Below are positions 7,756 to 16,661 of a DNA stretch of 64,000 nt, one piece after another; the first letter of the stretch is position 1; each line of letters opens with the position of its first letter. The DNA lies in contig DASUCV010000009.1 of the NCBI GenBank assembly GCA_036275915.1, positions 223,198-287,197 of the forward strand, in the 5' to 3' direction. A model generated the notes under the pieces. The model was not told the origin of the DNA and made no database searches. It saw nothing but the letters and a program-made list of their open reading frames with translations. Position numbers and translations under genes: made by a program. The stretch comes from Candidatus Polarisedimenticolaceae bacterium (GTDB lineage Bacteria > Acidobacteriota > Polarisedimenticolia > Polarisedimenticolales > DASRJG01).

Positions 7756-9558
7756 TCAAGGCGAAGCGAGCATCCTGCCCAGCGCCAGCGAGAGGTCGGG
7801 CCAGTACGTGATCAGGAGCACGCCCCCGCCGAGGATCGCGAGGAACGGCAGCACGTGGCGGTAGAGCGCGGTCATCGGCTTGCCGAAGCGCGACGACGAC
7901 AGGAAGAGGTTCAGGCCGACCGGCGGAAAGAGGAACCCGAGCTCGAGGTTGGCGAGGAAGATGACGCCGAGGTGGACGGGATCGATCCCGTACGCCGCCG
8001 CCAGGGGGACGACGAGCGGCGTCAGGATGACGATCGCCGAGAACACTTCGAGCACGCTCCCGAGCACGAGGAGCACGACGTTCAAGACGAGCAGGAACAC
8101 GAGCGGCGAGTGGATGTGCGCCTGCACGGCCGCGAGCACCGCGTCGGGGATCTGCGCCTCGACGAGGTAGCCGGTCATCCCGAGCGCGCAGCTCAGGAGG
8201 AGGAGCACGGCGCCGATCATCGCCGAGCCGCGCACCAGCGTCTTCGGCAGGTCGCCGAGGGTCAGGTCGCGGTGGATGAAGACGACGATCACGATGGTGT
8301 AGATCACCGCGAACGCGGCCGTCTCGAGGAGCGACGCCCAGCCGGTCGCGAAGAGCACGATCATCGCGACCGGGATCGACAGCTCCCACTTCGCCTCCCA
8401 GGTCGCGGCGGCGGCTTCCTTCACGGAGAACGGCTGCTTGGACGCGCGCACGCGCTTGCCGACCGTCATCCCGTAGAGCGCGACGATGAGGACGAGGAGC
8501 GTGCCCGGCAGGAGGCCCGCGAGGAAAAGCTTCTCGGCGGGGATCTTCGAGACGACGCTGTAAAGGATGACGGGGAGGCTCGGCGGGAAGAGGAGGCCGA
8601 GGCTTCCCGCGGCGGTGACGAGGCCGAGCGAGAACCCTTCCGGGTAGCCGTCCTCGCGCAGGATCGGATAGACGAGCCCGCCGAGGGCGATGATCGTCAC
8701 GCCGGAGCCGCCGGTGAACGCGGTGAAGACGGCGCACACCGCCGCGACGAGCACCGCGACCCCGCCCGGCATCCAGCCGAGGAGCGCGCGGAAGAACCGG
8801 ACGAGCCGGTGAGCGGCCTGCGAGTCCGCGAGCAGGTAGCCGCACGCGGTCAGGAGCGGGATCGCGGGAAGGGTCGGCGACGCAACGAGGCGGTAGATCT
8901 CCGCGGTGACGGCGGAGACGGGCGTCCCGTCACGGAAGAAGAAGAGCGCGGCGAGGCCGCCCATCGCGGCGAAGACCGGCGCGCCGACGAGCGTCGCGAT
9001 GATGACGAGCGCCGCGAGCGGCAGGACGAGGTGCCGCGAAAAGTCGGGGGCCGCCCCGAGTGCGACGACGAGCGCGACCGCCGCGGCGGCGAGCGCGCGA
9101 CCGCGCCACGAGCGCCCCGCCTTCAGGACGTAGAGGAGCGCCATGCCGGCGAGCGCCGCGGGCATGACCGTCTCGCCGAGCCACTCGGGAGCGCCGAACG
9201 GGAGCACGCGCCCCAGCGTCCGGTCGGCGAGCACGACGCGCACCGCCGCGAACGACAGCACCGCCGCCACGGAGGCGGCGACGGCGTGCGTCAGGAAGTC
9301 GGCCGCGACGCGCAAGCGACCCTCGCCCAGGAGGACCGCCGTCGAGAGACGGAGATGCTCCCCGGCGGCCGTCGCCGCGAGTCCTCCGAGGAAGGTCAGG
9401 AAGAAGGTGAGAACCTGGACGTAGCTCGACGCGCCCGGAACGTGGAACCGCCCGAACGGCCGAGCGGCGAAGTCGATCATCGGAAGGAGCGCGAGCAGGA
9501 GGAGCGACGCGACGAGCAGCGCCTCCCACATCCGTCGCGCGAGCTGGACCGGCCTCAA
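7756..9558 (-). CDS. TRAP transporter fused small/large permease (DctQ-DctM fusion), 600 aa
   Basis: An N-terminal part of about 160 aa with 4 TM segments (DctQ-like) is fused to a DctM-like 12-TM domain (...FTGGSGVTIIALGGLVYPIL..., ...LGFLFPPVGLNLFLSS...). A 4-bp overlap joins it to the upstream binding-protein gene. Confidence 0.85.
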   Translation of the reverse strand: MRPVQLARRMWEALLVASLLLLALLPMIDFAARPFGRFHVPGASSYVQVLTFFLTFLGGLAATAAGEHLRLSTAVLLGEGRLRVAADFLTHAVAASVAAVLSFAAVRVVLADRTLGRVLPFGAPEWLGETVMPAALAGMALLYVLKAGRSWRGRALAAAAVALVVALGAAPDFSRHLVLPLAALVIIATLVGAPVFAAMGGLAALFFFRDGTPVSAVTAEIYRLVASPTLPAIPLLTACGYLLADSQAAHRLVRFFRALLGWMPGGVAVLVAAVCAVFTAFTGGSGVTIIALGGLVYPILREDGYPEGFSLGLVTAAGSLGLLFPPSLPVILYSVVSKIPAEKLFLAGLLPGTLLVLIVALYGMTVGKRVRASKQPFSVKEAAAATWEAKWELSIPVAMIVLFATGWASLLETAAFAVIYTIVIVVFIHRDLTLGDLPKTLVRGSAMIGAVLLLLSCALGMTGYLVEAQIPDAVLAAVQAHIHSPLVFLLVLNVVLLVLGSVLEVFSAIVILTPLVVPLAAAYGIDPVHLGVIFLANLELGFLFPPVGLNLFLSSSRFGKPMTALYRHVLPFLAILGGGVLLITYWPDLSLALGRMLASP

Positions 9559-10565
9559 TGCGGCTTCTGCGCCCGGTACTCGGCGGAGGACTTGACCGCC
9601 AGATCGAAGTCATCCGCCGGCATGTAGGCGCCGCGGACGAGCGGGTAGACACTCGACGGCAGCTTGCGCCACGACTCGAGATCGGCGGCGGTCGGCTTCA
9701 CGACGATCAAGCCCTTCGACTTCATCGCGTCGACGCTCTGGGCCTCCTCGGCCCGCGTCTTGTCGCGCATGCGGCGCGCCGTTTCCTTCGTCGCGGCGAT
9801 GATCGCCGGACGCACGTCGGCGGGGATCTTGTTCCACGTGTTCTTGTCGATGACGATCCCGCCGATGAGGAGCGCCCAGTTGACGTCGGTCATGTTCTTC
9901 GCCGAGGTGTACCACTGCATGAGCGCGGCGATCTGCGGCGTCGTGCAGATGGCGTTGACGAGTCCGGTCCCAAGCGCGGTCGAGATCTCGGTGGCGGGGA
10001 GCGGGATCGGATGGAAGCCGGCGCCCTTCCACAGCTCGATGTACTTGTCGTCGCCCGCCCAGGCGAAGAGCTTCGCCGTCTTCAGCTCGTCCGGAGAGCG
10101 CGCCGGCGTCTTGGTGAAGAAGTGCGCCCAGCCGGCGTCGATCCACGAGAGGACGACGAACCCCTTGGCATCGAACTTCGCCTCGAGGGCCGGCGTGATC
10201 TTGTCGGCGACCCAGTCGGCCTCGGCGTAGTCCTCGAACAGCATCGGGATCTGGAGCGCGAGGACGCCGCGGTCGATGTCGGCGAGGCCGGAGGTCGCGA
10301 GGAACCCCGCGTTCAGCGTGCCGAGGCGGATCTTGCGCACGACGTCGGCGTCGTCACCGGCGACACCGCCGGCGTAGAGCTTGAGCGTGACCTTCCCTCC
10401 CGAGACCTGCTGCCACTTCTGCCCCATCTCCGTGAGCGAGGTGTTCCAGGCCGATCCTGCGGGAACGAGGGTCGCCATCTTGACGACGACCGTGTCGGCG
10501 GCGCGAGCCGTTCCGATCGCGAGGACGAAAGCGGCTGCGAGGGCGAGGCACCGGATGGTTCGCAT
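9555..10565 (-). CDS. TRAP transporter periplasmic substrate-binding protein (DctP family)
   Basis: Signal peptide MRTIRCLALAAAFVLAIGTARA. DctP-like body (...KLYAGGVAGDDADVVRKIRLGTLNAGF...). It sits between tatT-like and dctQM-like genes. Confidence 0.85.
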   Translation of the reverse strand: MRTIRCLALAAAFVLAIGTARAADTVVVKMATLVPAGSAWNTSLTEMGQKWQQVSGGKVTLKLYAGGVAGDDADVVRKIRLGTLNAGFLATSGLADIDRGVLALQIPMLFEDYAEADWVADKITPALEAKFDAKGFVVLSWIDAGWAHFFTKTPARSPDELKTAKLFAWAGDDKYIELWKGAGFHPIPLPATEISTALGTGLVNAICTTPQIAALMQWYTSAKNMTDVNWALLIGGIVIDKNTWNKIPADVRPAIIAATKETARRMRDKTRAEEAQSVDAMKSKGLIVVKPTAADLESWRKLPSSVYPLVRGAYMPADDFDLAVKSSAEYRAQKPH

Positions 10566-10572
10566 GGTTCCA

Positions 10573-11487
10573 TTACTCCAGGAAAAGGTCGTCGATCTTA
10601 GCGAGAAGCCAGCGCGCGCGCCGCTGCGCGACGAGGTTGGCCAGGCGGTACTCCGGAACGGCGTCGGGATTCACCGCGAGCGCCGCGTCGATCATCTCGG
10701 TGAACTCCTTGCGATTCTGCGTCCCGACCGAGACCGATTCCGCGAAGGCGAGGTACGGCGCCGCCCTCTTCCCCTTGGCCAGATCGAGCGCGGCTTTCAG
10801 CTCGGCCCGCGCCTTGTCGATCGACCCGCCCGCCGCGCCGGCCCGGCCGCCTTCATAAGAGATGTAGTAGTCGTGGATCACCCCGTCGCCGTATCCGGGG
10901 TCGAGCTCGAGGGCCCGGTGCATCAGGCTCTCGGCGACCGGGAGGTTCACCGCCATGGCGGCGTCGGTCTTGTCCGTCGCGATCGCGAGGCTCCACGCGG
11001 CCGCGGTCCAGTAGAGAAGCGGGACGTCGGACTTCTTCATCCCGGCGAGCGCCGCGTGCGCATCGGCGTCGAGCGCCTTGCGCAATCCCGGGTGGTCGAC
11101 CTCGAGGCCGCGCATCCCGTAGCCGAGGGCGCGCCGGTACATCTTCATCGCGCGCTCACGGAGATGGGTGGCGCGCGCCACGTCTTGGTCCTGGACGTAG
11201 TCGGCTTCGCTCGCGAGGTACACGTAGGCGTACTGCGCGAACCCCGACGACGCGGCCAGGAGGAGGCCCTTGTGGTTCGGCGTCGTCTCGAGGAGGCCTT
11301 CGATCGTCTTCAGGGCGAAGGGGGTCGCCTCGCCGACGAACTCGGGATCGTCGTCGCTCGCGTAGGTCGTGCCGCCCGAGGCCAGCGCGTCCCCCACCTT
11401 CCCGGCGGCCCATTTCTTGATGGAACAGCCCGGCGTCGCGGCGAGGAGAATCGCCGTCAGGAGGAGGAGTGTGACTCGGCGGCGCAT
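10573..11487 (-). CDS. tatT: TRAP transporter TatT-component family lipoprotein (TPR-like)
   Basis: Lipobox LAATPGC. The sequence follows the TatT family pattern as I remember it: ...SDDDPEFVGEATPFALKTIEGLLETTP..., DVPLLYWTAAAWSLAIA, IHDYYISYEG, RLANLVAQRRARWLL. It lies 7 bp upstream of the DctP-type gene. Confidence 0.75.
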   Translation of the reverse strand: MRRRVTLLLLTAILLAATPGCSIKKWAAGKVGDALASGGTTYASDDDPEFVGEATPFALKTIEGLLETTPNHKGLLLAASSGFAQYAYVYLASEADYVQDQDVARATHLRERAMKMYRRALGYGMRGLEVDHPGLRKALDADAHAALAGMKKSDVPLLYWTAAAWSLAIATDKTDAAMAVNLPVAESLMHRALELDPGYGDGVIHDYYISYEGGRAGAAGGSIDKARAELKAALDLAKGKRAAPYLAFAESVSVGTQNRKEFTEMIDAALAVNPDAVPEYRLANLVAQRRARWLLAKIDDLFLE

Positions 11488-11508
11488 CGGAGCGCGCAGT
11501 CTAGCGCA

Positions 11509-13983
11509 CTACCCCGGCGCCTTCTTCGCAGCCTCCGCGATGGCGTGGCTGCGCGCCTTCGCGGCCGCCGCGGCGGTCCGATCCCCCGTCGTCTCGTAGA
11601 CCGCGGCGAGCGCGTCCAAGTCCTCGATGAGATCCGGCGAATCCTTCCCCGACGCCTTCTCGTCGATCGCGAGCGTGCGCTCGTACAGATGTTTCGCGGC
11701 CGTCAGGTCGCCCGCGGCGCGGTGCACGTCGCCGAGCGAGAAAAGGACCATCGACACCGCGGGGTTGTCCGGCCCGAACTTCTTCTCGCGGATGGCGAGC
11801 GCGCGCTCGAGCGGCTCCTTGGCGGCGGCGGGGTTGCCGGATTGGATCCGCGCGTAGCCGATGTTGTAGAGCGTCTGCGCGACCCTCGGATGGTCGGGAC
11901 CGTACGCCTTCTCCATCGTGTGCAAGGTCCGCTCGAGCATCGGGAACGCCTTGTCGAACTGCTCGAGCTGCGCGTACGCGAGCGACACGTTGCCGAGCGC
12001 CTCGATCACCTCGCGGCTCTCCGGGTCGAGGAACTTCTCGCGGATGGCGAGCGCGCGCTCGAAATTCGAGAGCGCGCGGTCCAGGTGGCCGGTCCGCTGC
12101 TCGAGGACGCCGCGGTTCGTGAGGAGATCGGCGACATCGAGCGATCCGTCGTCGCCCGCGGCGTGAAGGAGAGCGACCCCTTCGTCGAGGTCCTTCTTCG
12201 CCCCCTCGAGATCGTCGACGTCGGTCTTGACCGAGGCACTGTCGACGAGGAATCGTGCCCTCTCGGCCGGGCTCGCATCGGGGGTCGCGGCAAGGATGGC
12301 CCGTGCGCGTTCGAGCGGCGCCAAGGCGGCCTTGGACTCCTTCATCTCTCCGAGCAGCCAGCCGTAACCGGTCAGCGCGCGCGCCAGCGCGAGGCTCGGA
12401 GCGCCGGCGTCGAGGATCGCGATCGCCTCCTCGTATTCCTTCCGGGACGACGTGTAGTCGCCGAGTCCTTCGAGCGTCTTGGCGAGCAGGACCTTCCCTT
12501 CCGCGACCTCGGTGGCTCCTCCGCCGAGCTGCGCCGTCCGGACCTTGACGCTGTCCTCGATCAGCGGCCGCGCGCGCGCGTAGAGACCGAGCCGCTCGTA
12601 GACGTCGGCGATCGCCGCCATGAGACGCGCCCGTACCAGCGGATCCTGCGCCAGCTCGAGACGGATCCGATCGGCTCCGCGGTCCAAGATCTCGCGCGCG
12701 GTGATCTGCTCGCTTCGTGCGCGGTCGGGCTTGCTGACGTCGAAGAGCCCGACGAGGAAGTCGTAGGTGTGCTTCGCGGTGCCGGCTTCCTCGCGGGCCG
12801 ATTTCTCCGCCGCCAGGGCGCGCGCGAGGTTCCTCTCGGAGCGAATGTAGAGGAACGACATGCCGATCGCCGCGACGACGGTCAGAAGAACGACGACGGC
12901 GGCCGCCGCGAACGCGCCTCGGTGGCGGGCGACGAGCTTGCGGATCTGGTAGATCGTGCTCGGCGGATGCGCGAGGATCGGCTCGCTGGCAAGCCAGCGG
13001 CGCACGTCCTCGCCGAGGGCTGCGACGCTCGCATAGCGCTGCTCGGGGTCCTTCTCGAGCGCCTTACGCACGATCGTCTGGAGATCGGCGTCGGGACGTC
13101 CCGGCCCCGGCCAATCCTTGGCGAGCGGGCGCGGCTCGACCTCGCTGATCGTACGAATGGCGTCGGCGAAGACCGACGGCACGTCGTAGGGCGGCTTGTC
13201 GACGAGCATCTCGTAGAGGATCAGGCCGAGCGCGTAGACGTCGGTGCGCACGTCGACGGCGGCGGGGTTGCCTTTCACCTGCTCCGGGCTCATGTAGGGG
13301 ACGGTGCCGCGGACGACGCCGGCGACGCTCGCGGGCGGCGCGCCCTCCTGATCGGGGTCGGTGAGCCGTGCGAGGCCGAAGTCCAGGACCTTGACGATCG
13401 GTCGCGTCGCATACGAGGTGTCGCTGCCCCGCGAATGTGACGGAGCGGACTCCGGCGGCAGCACGATGAGGTTCGACGGCTTGAGGTCGCGGTGGATCAC
13501 GCCGCGCTGATGTGCGTAGTGGACGGCGTCGCACGCGGCGAGGATGATCTCGAGCCGCTCGCGGAGCGCGGCCATGGTCCGCGGCCTCTCGCCGTGCCGC
13601 GCCGCAAGCCACGCGTGAAGGGTCTCGCCGGGAACCAGCTCCATCGCGAACCAGTGGTGCCCGTCGTCCGTGCGCCCAGACTCGAGGATCGCCGCGATCC
13701 CCGGGTGGACGAGGCGCGCGAGCATATCGGCCTCGCGGCGGAAGAGGCGCACGTGCAGCTCGCTGGCGATCGCGCCGCCCCTCACGACCTTGAGCGCGAC
13801 GCGGCGCCTCGGCGTCTCCTGCTCCGCCTCGAAGACGGTGCCGAATCCTCCCTCGCCGAGCTTTCGCAGCAGGCGGAATCCGGGCACGGCGACGGCCGAG
13901 AGAGGGACGGAGCCCTCGGGAATCGCGACGCCTCCCGTCGTCGCGGTCGGCGGGTCGGCCTTCGGGAATTCGCGGCCGGTCAT
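11509..13983 (-). CDS. Membrane Ser/Thr protein kinase with extracytoplasmic TPR repeats, 824 aa
   Basis: Hanks kinase motifs GEGGFGTVFEA, VALK, HRDLKPSN, DFGLAR and SPEQ. One TM segment (AFAAAAVVVLLTVVAAIGMSFLYI). The C-terminal half has repeated TPR-like units (...ALxxxExALAIxEKxxGPDHP...). Confidence 0.9.
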   Translation of the reverse strand: MTGREFPKADPPTATTGGVAIPEGSVPLSAVAVPGFRLLRKLGEGGFGTVFEAEQETPRRRVALKVVRGGAIASELHVRLFRREADMLARLVHPGIAAILESGRTDDGHHWFAMELVPGETLHAWLAARHGERPRTMAALRERLEIILAACDAVHYAHQRGVIHRDLKPSNLIVLPPESAPSHSRGSDTSYATRPIVKVLDFGLARLTDPDQEGAPPASVAGVVRGTVPYMSPEQVKGNPAAVDVRTDVYALGLILYEMLVDKPPYDVPSVFADAIRTISEVEPRPLAKDWPGPGRPDADLQTIVRKALEKDPEQRYASVAALGEDVRRWLASEPILAHPPSTIYQIRKLVARHRGAFAAAAVVVLLTVVAAIGMSFLYIRSERNLARALAAEKSAREEAGTAKHTYDFLVGLFDVSKPDRARSEQITAREILDRGADRIRLELAQDPLVRARLMAAIADVYERLGLYARARPLIEDSVKVRTAQLGGGATEVAEGKVLLAKTLEGLGDYTSSRKEYEEAIAILDAGAPSLALARALTGYGWLLGEMKESKAALAPLERARAILAATPDASPAERARFLVDSASVKTDVDDLEGAKKDLDEGVALLHAAGDDGSLDVADLLTNRGVLEQRTGHLDRALSNFERALAIREKFLDPESREVIEALGNVSLAYAQLEQFDKAFPMLERTLHTMEKAYGPDHPRVAQTLYNIGYARIQSGNPAAAKEPLERALAIREKKFGPDNPAVSMVLFSLGDVHRAAGDLTAAKHLYERTLAIDEKASGKDSPDLIEDLDALAAVYETTGDRTAAAAAKARSHAIAEAAKKAPG

Positions 13984-16652
13984 GGCTTCGGGAGCTCCTG
14001 CGTCCAGTTCGACACCACGACGATCGGTGCCGCGCCTTCGGAGGCGAGCGTGTTGACCACGAACGTCGCGCCGTCCGCCGCCATGTCGAGCGTGGAGTAA
14101 CCGGGGCGAAGGAGCACGCGGAAGAGCGGCGTCTCGGCACCCGGCTGCATCGACCTGGCCGCGAGCGGGACGCTCACGATCGTCCCGTCGGAACGCCAGT
14201 AGACGAGCTCACGATCGCCGGGGCCCCACTGCGGCAGCACGCCGCCGTGGGGCGAGATCTGGATACGGCTTCCGTCGCCCGTACCCGGCGCAGGCGCGAT
14301 GAAGACCTGAGGCTGACCCCCGCTCACGACGCCGTACGCGATGAAGCGCCCGTCATGCGAGATGCGTGCGAAGCTCAGGTTCTTGGTGCCCGTGTCCAGC
14401 CACTGAATCGATCCCGTGCCGTCCGCGGACGCGACGCCGAGGCGGTCCGCGAGCGTGGTGTTCCAGTTGCCGGAGCCGACGAGGAGCTTGCGGCCGTCCG
14501 CCGACCAGTCGACGGGCCACAGGTCTTCCTTGTCGGCCTTGAGAACCGTGCGCCCCGGCCCTCCGTCCGAGGCCATGACCATGACCGCGTAATCCCCGGG
14601 CTGATGCGTCGTCGCGACGTTCTTCGTGTACGCGATCCACCGGCCGTCGGGTGAGAACAACGGAACGTCCTCGTCCTCGTCACCGGTGGTGAGCCGCCGC
14701 GCGGCGCCCCGCTCGATGTCGTACACGAAGATGTCGCCGCTCGGCGTGAGCTGCGAGGAGTAGGCGATCCGTTTGCCGTCGTGCGAGAGCCGCACGGCGA
14801 AGTGGTTCCCGACCTCCGCGACCTTGCGCAGAAGCTTGCCGCTGCGGTCGCGAATCTGGATCTCGCTTCCCTGCGTCCCTCCGGTGGGCTGGTAGACGAG
14901 GACTCCCTTCTCGGTCACCGACACGTTGGCCTTCCAGGTCGAAGGGTCGAATTGCACGCGATCGGCGGTCGGTCGCGGCTCTCCCGTGAACTCCGCCTTC
15001 CTGGGATCGAACGGCCGCGCGATGAGCACGCTGTCCTGCACGTAGAAGAGGTAGCCGCCCGCGTACTGCGCATCGGTCGCGCACGGGACGAGCGTGCGAT
15101 TCTCTTTGCCGTCGAGCGAAGCGACCCAGACCGAATTCTCCTGGCCACCGACGTCGTCGTGATTGCCGGCGTAGTAGAGCAGGTGCTTCCCGTCGGGAAG
15201 GAAGTGCGGCCACCGGTGCGTGGTTTGCTTCGACGAGGCGAGGGTCGTCGCGGGTTGCGGCGTTCCACCCATCGCGGACACCTGCTGGAGCGCCGTCCGG
15301 TAGTCCGGAGAGAACACGATGACGCCGGAGGCGCTCCACGTTCCCCCGCGTCCGCCCGGCGCGGGACAGATCGCCATGACCTGCCGCGTGTCGATGTCGA
15401 CGCGCTTCAATTTCAGATCCGCGAAGAAGCCGAGCGAGTGCCCGTCCGGCGACCAGAACGGGTAGGTGGCGCTCTCCGTGCCGGGGATCGGCTCGGCCTT
15501 CAGCGAGGCGAGATCGCGCAGCCAGATCGAAGCGCCGCCTCGGTCGTCGACGGCGACGAACGCCACGCGCTTGCCGTCGGGCGAGATCACCGGCGGTCCC
15601 GCGTTGTCGCCCCCAAAGAGGAAGAGCGCGCCCTCGGGCGGCGTGACGATCGTGCGCATGACGCGTGCATCGTCCCCGTGACGGAGCGCGAGCAGCGCGA
15701 ACAGGGCGAGCGCGACGCCGAGCGCGCCGACGATCCAGCCGGTCCAGGCGATTCGCGGTCGCTTCATCGTCGCGACCGGCGCCGCACCGGCGGAGCTGCC
15801 CTCGCCGATCCAACGAAGTTGCAGGCGGACGTCGTGCGCGGTCTGGATCCGCTCGTCGGGATCCTTGACCAGGCACATGCGGATCAGATGGTCGAGCGCG
15901 GGAGGCGTCGTCGGCATCAGCTCCGCCGCCGGCCGCGGCGCGTCGCGCATGATCGCCGAGATCAAGCTCGCCTGCGTGGCGCCCTCGAACGCGCGCTTGC
16001 CGGTCGCCATCTCGTAGAGCACGCAGCCGAACGCCCACAGATCGGCGCGCGCGTCGGACTCGCGCCCCTCGAGCTGCTCCGGCGCCATGTACTGGAACGT
16101 GCCGAGGATCGTCCCCTCCGCCGTGAGCGGCGCCGCCACCGTGGGCGAGCTCGTCATCTCGCCTGGGCGCCCGAGGCCGGTCGCGCGCGCCAGGCCGAAG
16201 TCCATGAGCTTCGCCCCGGACTTTGTGAGCATCACGTTCCCCGGCTTGAGATCGCGATGCGAGACGCCGGCGCGATGCGCCCGGTCGAGCGCGTCCGCGA
16301 TCTGGCCGCCGATCCGCAGCACGTCGGCGAGCGGCAGCGCCCCCTTCGCGAGCCGTTGCGCGAGCGTCTCGCCCTCGATCAGCTCCATGACGAGGTAGTC
16401 GGTGTCGCCCTGGCGCCCGACGTCGTGGAGAGTGCAGACGTTCGGATGGTTCAGCGAGGAGACGGCCTTGGCCTCGCGCTCGAACCGCGCGCGGATCTCT
16501 GGGTTCGACGAGAGGTGCTGCGGCAGCACCTTGATCGCGACCTCGCGGCCGAGCCGCGTGTCCTTCGCGCGATAGACCTCGCCCATCCCTCCCGCGCCGA
16601 GCGGTGATGTGATCTCGTAGGGGCCCAGCTGGGTTCCGGACGCGAGCGGCAC
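13980..16652 (-). CDS. Membrane Ser/Thr protein kinase with C-terminal TolB-like beta-propeller repeats, 890 aa
   Basis: Motifs GAGGMGEVYRA, VAIK, HRDLKPGN, DFGLAR and APEQ. TM segment WIVGALGVALALFALLAL. The C-terminus has repeated WD40-like/TolB units (...FSPDGKRVAF..., WSPDGHSLGF, FLPDGKHLLY, LSHDGKRIAY, FSPDGRWIAY, WSADGRKLL...). A 4-bp overlap joins it to the downstream kinase gene. Confidence 0.9.
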   Translation of the reverse strand: MPLASGTQLGPYEITSPLGAGGMGEVYRAKDTRLGREVAIKVLPQHLSSNPEIRARFEREAKAVSSLNHPNVCTLHDVGRQGDTDYLVMELIEGETLAQRLAKGALPLADVLRIGGQIADALDRAHRAGVSHRDLKPGNVMLTKSGAKLMDFGLARATGLGRPGEMTSSPTVAAPLTAEGTILGTFQYMAPEQLEGRESDARADLWAFGCVLYEMATGKRAFEGATQASLISAIMRDAPRPAAELMPTTPPALDHLIRMCLVKDPDERIQTAHDVRLQLRWIGEGSSAGAAPVATMKRPRIAWTGWIVGALGVALALFALLALRHGDDARVMRTIVTPPEGALFLFGGDNAGPPVISPDGKRVAFVAVDDRGGASIWLRDLASLKAEPIPGTESATYPFWSPDGHSLGFFADLKLKRVDIDTRQVMAICPAPGGRGGTWSASGVIVFSPDYRTALQQVSAMGGTPQPATTLASSKQTTHRWPHFLPDGKHLLYYAGNHDDVGGQENSVWVASLDGKENRTLVPCATDAQYAGGYLFYVQDSVLIARPFDPRKAEFTGEPRPTADRVQFDPSTWKANVSVTEKGVLVYQPTGGTQGSEIQIRDRSGKLLRKVAEVGNHFAVRLSHDGKRIAYSSQLTPSGDIFVYDIERGAARRLTTGDEDEDVPLFSPDGRWIAYTKNVATTHQPGDYAVMVMASDGGPGRTVLKADKEDLWPVDWSADGRKLLVGSGNWNTTLADRLGVASADGTGSIQWLDTGTKNLSFARISHDGRFIAYGVVSGGQPQVFIAPAPGTGDGSRIQISPHGGVLPQWGPGDRELVYWRSDGTIVSVPLAARSMQPGAETPLFRVLLRPGYSTLDMAADGATFVVNTLASEGAAPIVVVSNWTQELPKP

Positions 16653-16661
16653 CCGTGGACT

